Shown: positions 25,692-32,000 of the stretch, piece by piece
Layout of the letters: each line of letters opens with the position of its first letter
Position numbering within the stretch: position 1 is the stretch's first letter
Program-made: the position numbers and the translations under genes
The notes under the pieces: model-generated
What the model was told of the DNA's origin: nothing
The model's input: only the letters and a program-made list of their open reading frames with translations
Database searches by the model: none
NCBI GenBank assembly: GCA_037444445.1
Contig: JBBIMK010000010.1
Location: forward strand, 30,911 to 62,910
Origin: a bacterium
GTDB lineage: Bacteria > UBP7 > UBA6624 > JBBIMK01
Reading direction: 5' to 3'
DNA: 32,000 nucleotides

Positions 25692-26393
25692 ATGAAACGA
25701 ATTGCGGCGGTGGGGCTGATGAGCCTTCTCCTGCTTTTTACTCCGGCTCTCGCTGGAGCGCAGACCTACTCCTCTTTTCCACAAATCACCCTGATGCCCC
25801 TGTTCCCTTCCTACTACTATTTACCCAATTATTACCCGGGAAACTTCTACGGTGGACTGCCTGCTGGATATTCGGCTACTGGATATATGTCAGGAGTGGG
25901 ATTCCTGCCCGCTCCTTCCTATTTTTATTACAACCCCTTGGGGGATATACTCAGCCAAGCGCCCATCGGGTATCTGGGGAGGGTTGGAGCCACGACCTAT
26001 TTCCAGCCTGTTCCAACCTACGGAAGTGTTGGGTATACCAATCTGTGGTGGAGAACTTATGCCCCTCCCGTGTATGGCTCACTTTACTACGGCGGAAACT
26101 ACATCGGGCCGCCAGCCTTTACACCTTCCGTGCCTTATTACAGCCCTTTCAGAGTCGGCATTGCACCCTGTGAGAATTGGACGCTTTACCTCATCTTTGG
26201 GCTTCCCCTCGGTTACTGCAGTGGAGCAGGAAGCACGCCACCCGCCATCGGCATTCCCGGCTTTCCCTTTTATATTTACCTGAAGACGCCCCCCTCTTCG
26301 CCATCCTTACAGGTAACACCTCCGCCCGTGACGCCGCCAGAGACGCCTCAGCCTTCACCTTCCACCCCTTCTCCAGGCTCAGGGTTAGAATGA
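25692..26393 (+). CDS. Secreted Tyr/Gly/Pro-rich low-complexity protein with a Pro/Ser/Thr-rich tail
   Basis: I prefer the ATG at 25692, which follows a strong SD. The Sec signal is 'MKRIAAVGLMSLLLLFTPALAGA'. I count 27 Tyr in the mature part ('SYYYLPNYYPGNFYGG', 'SYFYYNPLG', 'SLYYGGNYIG', 'VPYYSPF'). The tail is 'PPSSPSLQVTPPPVTPPETPQPSPSTPSPGSG'. Confidence 0.7.
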   Translation: MKRIAAVGLMSLLLLFTPALAGAQTYSSFPQITLMPLFPSYYYLPNYYPGNFYGGLPAGYSATGYMSGVGFLPAPSYFYYNPLGDILSQAPIGYLGRVGATTYFQPVPTYGSVGYTNLWWRTYAPPVYGSLYYGGNYIGPPAFTPSVPYYSPFRVGIAPCENWTLYLIFGLPLGYCSGAGSTPPAIGIPGFPFYIYLKTPPSSPSLQVTPPPVTPPETPQPSPSTPSPGSGLE

Positions 26394-26415
26394 CACACGA
26401 CCAGGTCATTTCGTG

Positions 26416-26515
26416 GTAGCCCCCTAAAATAACTGAGCTTTTGGGGTCTGACCCCAAATAGTGACAGTAGCCCTCTAAAATAACAGCTTTTGGGGTCTGA
26501 CCCCAAATAGTGACA
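26416..26515. repeat. Head-to-tail tandem duplication (51 + 49 nt), each copy containing a 19-bp perfect palindrome
   Basis: Copy 1 (26416-26466) is GTAGCCCCCTAAAATAACTGAGCTTTTGGGGTCTGACCCCAAATAGTGACA. Copy 2 (26467-26515) is GTAGCCCTCTAAAATAACAGCTTTTGGGGTCTGACCCCAAATAGTGACA. The palindromes TTTGGGGTC-T-GACCCCAAA lie at 26440-26458 and 26489-26507. Confidence 0.9.
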
Positions 26516-26620
26516 TTATTTGAGTGAGGAGTCTCCCACTCCGAAAAATACTGATATTTATCATAGAATTTCTTTGTAAAATAGTGAAAATATAGGGTGG
26601 ATAGGGATGAAGAGGGAAGG

Positions 26621-27496
26621 ATGATGAAGGAGATTCGGATACACGGGCGTGGAGGGCAGGGGGTGGTAACCGCCGCAGAACTCCTCGTCATAGCCTATTT
26701 TGAGGAGGGGAAGCATGCCCTCGGTTTTCCTGCCTTCGGTGCGGAGCGGATGGGCGCTCCTGTGCAGGCTTTCGTCCGAATGGATGATAAGCCCATACGC
26801 CTCCGAAGCCAGGTGTATCACCCGGATGTGGTCATTGTTCAGGATGTTTCCCTGATACCCGCTGTGAATGTGCTGGACGGCGTGAGGGAAGATGGGATAG
26901 TGGTTTTGAACACGCGGAGGATAAAGGGATTGGATGCTTTTCCCTTGCCCGCTGGTATGGTGAACCTTTACGCTGTGCCAGCCACAGAGATGGCGCTGGA
27001 GATTCTGGGGCGAGCCACGCCGAATACGACTCTGCTTGCCGCCTACGCCGGGATTACGAGGGAAGTAAGCCTGCATTCGCTGGAGAAAGCTCTCGCTCAG
27101 CGATTTCACGGGAAGGCTCTGGAGTTGAATAAGCAGGCGGTGCAGAGGGCTTATGACCTCGTTCAGACCCTTTCTCCGGTGAGGCTGGAGGGAAAGGCAG
27201 AACAGGCGGTGGTGGAAGTGGTGAAGAAGAAAGTTGACTCGCCTATGCTGGGGCTGGCGGCTTATCCCGGCTCCAGCCTGGAGTATAAAACGGGGGGTTG
27301 GCGAACCTTCCGTCCTCATTTCCTTTCCCAGCACTGCAACGACTGTGGACTCTGCGTCATTTACTGTCCGGAAGGTGTGGTGACTCGCATAGGTGAGAAG
27401 CGATATGAAGCCGATTATGACTACTGCAAAGGATGTGGCATTTGTGCCGAGGTGTGCTCACCCGGGGATATCCAGATGGAGCAGGAGGAGGCATAA
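26621..27496 (+). CDS. 2-oxoacid:ferredoxin oxidoreductase gamma subunit fused to the delta (2x[4Fe-4S] ferredoxin) subunit
   Basis: I prefer the ATG at 26621, which follows GAGGGAAGG. The gamma part is 'IRIHGRGGQGVVTAAELLVIAYFEEGKHALGFPAFGAERMGAPV'. The delta part is 'CNDCGLCVIYCPEG' plus 'YCKGCGICAEVCSPG'. POR versus VOR specificity cannot be decided from the sequence. Confidence 0.85.
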   Translation: MMKEIRIHGRGGQGVVTAAELLVIAYFEEGKHALGFPAFGAERMGAPVQAFVRMDDKPIRLRSQVYHPDVVIVQDVSLIPAVNVLDGVREDGIVVLNTRRIKGLDAFPLPAGMVNLYAVPATEMALEILGRATPNTTLLAAYAGITREVSLHSLEKALAQRFHGKALELNKQAVQRAYDLVQTLSPVRLEGKAEQAVVEVVKKKVDSPMLGLAAYPGSSLEYKTGGWRTFRPHFLSQHCNDCGLCVIYCPEGVVTRIGEKRYEADYDYCKGCGICAEVCSPGDIQMEQEEA

Positions 27497-28668
27497 TGAA
27501 GCGGGTGCTGGAAGGGTCTCTGGCGGTGGCGGAAGCGGTAAAACTATGCCGTCCTCAGGTGGTTTCCGCTTACCCCATCACTCCGCAGACGCATATTGTG
27601 GAGCATCTGGCGAAGTTTGTGGCGGATGGAGAACTCTCTGCGGAAGTGGTGAATGTAGAGAGTGAACATTCGGCCGCATCGGTGGTGTTGGGGGCAACGG
27701 CATCGGGCGCCCGCTCCTACACAGCCACCTCCTCCCAGGGGCTGATTCTCATGGCTGAGGTGCTGTTCAATATCTCCGGGCTTCGCCTCCCGGTGGTTAT
27801 GGGCGTGGCGAATCGTGCCCTCTCGGCTCCCATCAGCATCTGGAACGACCAGCAGGACTCTATGAGCCTCCGGGATTCTGGCTGGTTTCAGGTGTATGCG
27901 GAGAACAATCAGTCTGCCCTGGACTGGCATATTGCAGGCTACCATCTGGCGGAACTCACTTCCCTCCCCATTATGATTTGCATGGATGGATATATACTCA
28001 CCCACGCCTACGAACCCGTAGACATCCCGGAGCAGGAGCAGGTGGATGCCTTCCTTCCATCTTACACGCCGAAGATTCGCCTGGACCCGGATTCTCCCAT
28101 CACTCTGGGCGTTTTAACAGAGCCCGACGCCTACATGGAAACACGCTTCACACTTCATCAGGCTTTGAAGACCGCTCTTGACCATGTGGAAGGGGTGGGA
28201 AAGAAATTTTCAAGGATTTTCGGTCGGGACAGCATCCAACTGGTGGAGGGATACCGTCTGGAAGATGCGGAGGTGGCTGTCGTAGCCACTGGTTCTGTTG
28301 TGGGCACAGTGAAGGAAGCGGTGGATGACCTGCGGAGCTCGGGCAGGCGCGTGGGAGCGCTGGGCCTTCGGGTTTTCCGCCCCTTCCCCCGGCACGCCGT
28401 CCGCTCCGTTCTGGCAAACATCCCCCATATTGCCGTGCTGGAGAAAGCCCTCTCTCCCGGGGGACCTGGCATTCTTTCCGCTGACATCAAAGATGCTCTC
28501 TACGGCGATACTCGCTGGCCCCATATCGCCAGATTCGTGGCAGGACTGGGTGGGAGAGACATCACTGTAGAGCAGGTGGAAGAGATGGTGCTGAAAACTC
28601 TAACAGGCAAGGTGGAAGAGCATTTTTTGGGGCTGAACACCTCCCTTCTGGAGCAAGGCGAAGGCTGA
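27496..28668 (+). CDS. porA: 2-oxoacid (pyruvate-type):ferredoxin oxidoreductase alpha subunit
   Basis: The ATG overlaps the upstream stop (TAATG). 'AVAEAVKLCRPQVVSAYPITPQTHIVE', 'ESEHSAASVVLGATASGARSYTATSSQGL' and 'WNDQQD' are typical alpha-subunit motifs. A VOR assignment cannot be excluded. Confidence 0.85.
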   Translation: MKRVLEGSLAVAEAVKLCRPQVVSAYPITPQTHIVEHLAKFVADGELSAEVVNVESEHSAASVVLGATASGARSYTATSSQGLILMAEVLFNISGLRLPVVMGVANRALSAPISIWNDQQDSMSLRDSGWFQVYAENNQSALDWHIAGYHLAELTSLPIMICMDGYILTHAYEPVDIPEQEQVDAFLPSYTPKIRLDPDSPITLGVLTEPDAYMETRFTLHQALKTALDHVEGVGKKFSRIFGRDSIQLVEGYRLEDAEVAVVATGSVVGTVKEAVDDLRSSGRRVGALGLRVFRPFPRHAVRSVLANIPHIAVLEKALSPGGPGILSADIKDALYGDTRWPHIARFVAGLGGRDITVEQVEEMVLKTLTGKVEEHFLGLNTSLLEQGEG

Positions 28669-28678
28669 GGGATGAAGG

Positions 28679-29572
28679 ATGAAAAGTGGAGATGAAATAA
28701 AGGGATATCCACTCGTGGCGGGGCATCGGGGTTGCCAGGGCTGCGGGCAAGCCTTAGCTGCCCGCATCGCCCTGAAAGCAGCGGGCAGAAAAGTTGTCCT
28801 CGTGAATGCCACCGGATGCCTGGAAGTCTTCACCACCGCTTATCCCTATTCCGCCTGGACCGTGCCGTGGATTCATTCTCTGTTTGAAAATACCGCCGCC
28901 GTGGCATCCGGTGTGGATGCCGCCTACCGCGCCATGGGCAAGGACAATGCCGTCATCATCGCTCAGGCTGGAGATGGTGGAACCGCAGACATCGGGATTC
29001 AAGCCATCTCCGGTATGTTTGAACGCAGGCATCCAATCCTCTTCATCTGCTACGACAATGAAGCCTATATGAACACGGGCATCCAGCGGAGCGGGCTCAC
29101 CCCTCTGTATGCCTACACCAGCACCACCCCCACCGGAAAGGCCTCCCTGGGGAATGTGTCCACCAAGAAGGATATGATTCAAATTGCATTAGCCCACGGA
29201 GTTCCCTATGTAGCCTCCGCTACCATCGCATACTATCGGGACCTGGAGAAGAAGGTTCAAAAAGCCGTGCGGGTGATGGGCCCGAGGTATCTGCATCTTC
29301 ATGCTCCCTGCCCTCTGGGCTGGGACTATGACCCGGCGCTGACAGTGAAGATTTCACGCCTCGCCGTTCAAACCGGCCTCTTCCCGCTGGTGGAGTATGA
29401 AAACGGTCAGCTGGTCTCTGTGCGGAAGATTTCCAAAAAACTCCCCGTGGAAGAGTATTTGAAACTTCAGGGGCGCTTTCACCACCTCTTTGATTCTGAA
29501 GAAGGGAAAAAAGCCATCGCCCGGATACAGGCCATTGCCGACGCCAACATCGCTCACTACCCCTTGATGTAA
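28679..29572 (+). CDS. porB: 2-oxoacid (pyruvate-type):ferredoxin oxidoreductase beta subunit (TPP-binding)
   Basis: 'GHRGCQGCG', 'ATGCLEV', the TPP motif 'GDGGTADIGIQAISG' and 'CYDNEAYMNTGIQRS'. Confidence 0.85.
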   Translation: MKSGDEIKGYPLVAGHRGCQGCGQALAARIALKAAGRKVVLVNATGCLEVFTTAYPYSAWTVPWIHSLFENTAAVASGVDAAYRAMGKDNAVIIAQAGDGGTADIGIQAISGMFERRHPILFICYDNEAYMNTGIQRSGLTPLYAYTSTTPTGKASLGNVSTKKDMIQIALAHGVPYVASATIAYYRDLEKKVQKAVRVMGPRYLHLHAPCPLGWDYDPALTVKISRLAVQTGLFPLVEYENGQLVSVRKISKKLPVEEYLKLQGRFHHLFDSEEGKKAIARIQAIADANIAHYPLM

Positions 29573-29913
29573 TCCTTGCCCCCCCGCCCATCCCACGGTT
29601 TTACTTCCAGTGGAGCCCCAGTACTGATGGGCTGGACGATTTCCCCTCTCATTCTCTGGTTGTTTGCCGGCAAGTTTCAGGGGAAAATAACGCCTGATAT
29701 AAAGCGAGGTCCGGACAGGCACAGACTGAATGTCCGCCGGTACAGGATAATACGGTCCTTTCTTTTTTGCACGCTTTAAGAGGGTTCTCCCTTCCTGCTT
29801 CTGCCCCGGGCGTGGAAGAGAGCGGTTCAGCGGGAGGGGAAAAAAAGAGAAGACGGCCAGGGGGTGGGATGAGGGAAAAAGAGGTTCCGCCCTCTATTCG
29901 GGCTCCACAGCCT

Positions 29914-29951
29914 GGTTCAGGAAAATAATAACACCATTTGGTGCCTGAACC
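29914..29951 (-). terminator. Nested stem-loop downstream of the minus-strand operon (weak terminator candidate)
   Basis: An 8-bp outer stem GGTTCAGG/CCTGAACC encloses the inner hairpin CACC-AAAU-GGUG (minus-strand sense), which is followed by UUAUUAUUUU. It begins 9 nt after the stop codon of the 90-aa ORF. Confidence 0.3.
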
Positions 29952-29959
29952 CAAAAGGG

Positions 29960-30232
29960 TCACTCTATATAAGGCTGAAATGCAAAATAGCCCATCAGGA
30001 AGAAGAAAGTGGGAATGACCCCACCGTATAGCCAGCCGCGACGCCCGGAAATGAACCCAATCAAGAACGGCCCGCCAATGAAAGCAAACCTCTGGATAAC
30101 AGGCTCAACCCACGGCTGTTGCTCCGCACTCCAGATTAAGGACACGAGCCAGTGATAAAGCGGTGAGGTTTTCCCTCCCACGACCCAGAGTAAAACTCCC
30201 AGGCTTAATCCCACACGCTCTCGGCGTGTCAA
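29960..30232 (-). CDS. Small hypothetical membrane protein (90 aa, ~3 TM)
   Basis: The gene has a TTG start ~8 nt after GGGAGAG and lies 16 nt downstream of the preceding gene. The hydrophobic segments are 'VGLSLGVLLWVVGG', 'FAFIGGPFLIGFISG' and 'YGGVIPTFFFLMGYFAF'. Confidence 0.5.
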   Translation of the reverse strand: MTRRERVGLSLGVLLWVVGGKTSPLYHWLVSLIWSAEQQPWVEPVIQRFAFIGGPFLIGFISGRRGWLYGGVIPTFFFLMGYFAFQPYIE

Positions 30233-30248
30233 GATGCCTGCTCTCCCG

Positions 30249-31199
30249 TTAGTGAATCAGCACCAGCTTCTTAATGACTTGCTTGTTTCGGTCCAGCAAC
30301 TTTCCCTCTCGCTCCATGTTGAGGAACTTATCCACTTCCATCGCCCAATCAGGGTCCACTGGTTTTCCGCTCCGGTTATAGCAAAGGGGCACACCTCTAT
30401 GGAACCTCGTGGGAGTGTTACTCATCACTATACCCACATAGGTGAAGTCTCCCGGAGTCGGGTGCTCTCTGGAAACATCCTGAATGGGCTGGCCGGTATA
30501 AGGGTTCTTGAGTGGGAGGACAACTCCGGTTGCCTGCAGGTCGGTCCATGTTCGGGGAAGGTCAAATCCATAAGATGTCACACTCTGCATGAGGGACCCA
30601 ATATACTGGCAAATAGAAAAGAGTCTTTTATCTGCCCGGTCAGCGGAAGAGAGCAGGGCTCTTACCCGGTCCGCCGGGGAAGGTTGGCTCTCTCCCATAA
30701 AGGTGGAGGATGTCCAGAGCTGCTTTTCAGCTACCTTTTGGCTTATGCTGAATAGTGCTGCTTCTACCTCTCCAGGGGGCGAACCCTCCGCCGTGCGTTC
30801 CTGGAAGAAATAAAGACGCACTCCGCCGCCAACCATGGATTCAAAGAGCATATTGCCGAGAAAAGAGGGGTCTACTGAAGTATCTAAACGCACCTCACCC
30901 ACTTCCTCTCTGCTCAACACCTGCAACGGCCTGGAGGTGTAAGGGTTCACTAATTCATCCCGGTTTACCACCAGGTAAGGAGAATTCAGGAGTTCCTCCG
31001 CATCGGTGGGAAACCGCTTCTCTGCCCTCGCAAAAAGCTCCAGGGCGCTCATGATTGCAAACTGGTTCGCAAAATTCCTTTTGAACTTATATGACCTGGT
31101 AGAGTATTGAAAGCCTGCAAAGAGCCCTGAAACACCGAGGGCAAGCCCGACCCACCAGACTAAACCTCTGACCCTCCAATTTCCTGCCTTATATTCCAT
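30249..31199 (-). CDS. Bitopic membrane protein with two pseudopilin-like modules and no prepilin leader
   Basis: A strong SD AAGGAGGAGAAAGGAG precedes the ATG. The TM helix is 'GLVWWVGLALGVSGLFAGF'. 'FANQFAIMSALELFARAEKRFPTDAEELL' is followed by 'VNPYTSRPLQ'. The second module has 'LFSICQYIGSLMQSV' followed by 'LKNPYTGQPIQDV' and 'PGDFTYVG'. Confidence 0.55.
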   Translation of the reverse strand: MEYKAGNWRVRGLVWWVGLALGVSGLFAGFQYSTRSYKFKRNFANQFAIMSALELFARAEKRFPTDAEELLNSPYLVVNRDELVNPYTSRPLQVLSREEVGEVRLDTSVDPSFLGNMLFESMVGGGVRLYFFQERTAEGSPPGEVEAALFSISQKVAEKQLWTSSTFMGESQPSPADRVRALLSSADRADKRLFSICQYIGSLMQSVTSYGFDLPRTWTDLQATGVVLPLKNPYTGQPIQDVSREHPTPGDFTYVGIVMSNTPTRFHRGVPLCYNRSGKPVDPDWAMEVDKFLNMEREGKLLDRNKQVIKKLVLIH

Positions 31200-31226
31200 C
31201 TCCTTTCTCCTCCTTTTTTATTAACC

Positions 31227-32000
31227 TCATACGCATGGTTGACAGAGTATGCATGACCCCGGCTGTGTGCAATCAGTGACAAAGAAATTCGTCGTCCAAC
31301 CGGACTCCGTGCAATCGTTCCGGCTGCTACAGAGGCAATACCATGGACAATCGCTGCAGTCCTGTTCCCAGCACTCACAAACAGGGAATACAAGTTCAAG
31401 TTCACGCAAGGGACCAAGTTTCTCTGCGCAAATCTTTGTGTGCCCCTGAACAGGGCTGTATCTCACGTGCTCGATTATCTGCATACATGGCGGACACCAG
31501 AAAGCATAGCATGCACAGGGTACCTCAGACGGCGGGTCGATATATTCTCTTACCCATTTCACATAGTAGTAATCCAGGCATTTACAGACAGTTCCCGGAG
31601 CGTCACAGGGACAGGTTCCACCACCCCCCAAACAACATCCGCAAGGTTGCTGCTGCGTTGGATCAGGTTCTGGTGGCCAGTAACTTCTCTGGGCGTCCTC
31701 ACACGATACTGGGGCGTAGGCGGGTGCCAGAGAAGAAGGACTAAAGGTGCCAATTCCATTCCCCGCTCCAAACGGGGAAAACACGGGGAACCCGAATCCA
31801 TCCAGAACCCCGTTCTCCGTCCCAGAGGAGAGCGATTGCCCCATCCCGAAAGGTATACCCTTCATCAGCCGGTAAAGGGGGTTCTGCCAGCCGAAGAAGG
31901 CCTCTACTATATCTACCGGCAGGGGGAAACTCTGGTTGGAAGAACTGATAATGCTTCCGCACCTCCCGAGAGTTTCAGCAGAATTCTCCTCCGCGAGGGC
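31227..32000 (-). CDS. Cys-dense (CxC/CxxC) protein, C-terminal part; 5' end off-window
   Basis: The listed ORF starts at Met 31865, but I translated the frame upstream by hand and it stays open to nt 32000 (..ALAEENSAETLGRCGSIISSSNQSFPLPVDIVEAFFGWQNPLYRLMKG..). It has a G/F/S-rich linker and then 24 Cys in the last ~155 aa: CGCC, CPC, CKC, CAC, CPPC, CEC, CSDC, CLC, CILCQPC. I recognise no family. Confidence 0.6.
   Translation of the reverse strand, partial: ALAEENSAETLGRCGSIISSSNQSFPLPVDIVEAFFGWQNPLYRLMKGIPFGMGQSLSSGTENGVLDGFGFPVFSPFGAGNGIGTFSPSSLAPAYAPVSCEDAQRSYWPPEPDPTQQQPCGCCLGGGGTCPCDAPGTVCKCLDYYYVKWVREYIDPPSEVPCACYAFWCPPCMQIIEHVRYSPVQGHTKICAEKLGPLRELELVFPVCECWEQDCSDCPWYCLCSSRNDCTESGWTTNFFVTDCTQPGSCILCQPCV

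Noticed and set aside
26416-26515. I asked whether the tandem repeat could be a minimal CRISPR array.
   Set aside because: There are only two copies, they abut directly with no spacer, the unit is ~50 nt, and no cas genes are present in the window.
26191-27334. Antisense ORFs of 166 aa and 257 aa lie across the repeat element and the por gamma-delta gene.
   Set aside because: The plus-strand por frame has unambiguous subunit motifs. The antisense products are His/Arg/Pro/Ser-rich with no motifs.
29705-29740. There is an SRP (4.5S) RNA-like string, AGGTCCGGACAGG.
   Set aside because: It resembles the AGGUCCGGAAGGAAGCAGC core only superficially. The GNRA loop closure and the symmetric-loop partner strand are missing on both strands.
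29589-29872. A long-range 8-nt complementarity (CATCCCAC at 29589-29596 with GTGGGATG at 29865-29872) hints at a closed RNA domain.
   Set aside because: A single 8-mer match within a ~390-nt region is expected by chance, and I could find no supporting helices.

Overview
This is a bacterial chromosomal window at about 50% GC by eye. It most likely comes from an uncultivated anaerobe, since it carries a ferredoxin-dependent 2-oxoacid oxidoreductase and a Thi4-type thiazole synthase. I found no transposase, integrase, CRISPR array or recognisable defence gene. The housekeeping genes are confidently identifiable: mfd, a TPP-riboswitch-controlled thiC-pncA-thi4 operon, dxr, purF, tRNA-Glu(UUC), nusB and a por-type operon with a gamma-delta fusion followed by alpha and beta. 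Between them sit many poorly characterised envelope proteins: a PQQ-like propeller, a Cys-less redoxin-TPR protein, a seven-PKD lipoprotein-like protein, LemA-DUF2207, PspC-Toastrack/LiaF-like, a DPPR-synthase-like UbiA protein, two pseudopilin-like proteins without prepilin leaders, a Tyr-rich secreted protein and a PHP phosphoesterase. My best candidate for an undescribed system is the minus-strand operon at the 3' edge (29960..32000). It encodes a protein with 24 Cys arranged as CxC/CxxC pairs, then a pilin-like bitopic protein, then a small 3-TM protein, and it runs off the window. Other points worth a second look are the nicotinamidase embedded in the thiamin operon, the Cys-type bacterial Thi4, a tandem 19-bp palindrome element upstream of the por operon, an ~800-bp region (12170..12900) with no convincing gene, and a 387-nt purine-rich convergent spacer. 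All family assignments come from motif recognition by eye; no searches were run.
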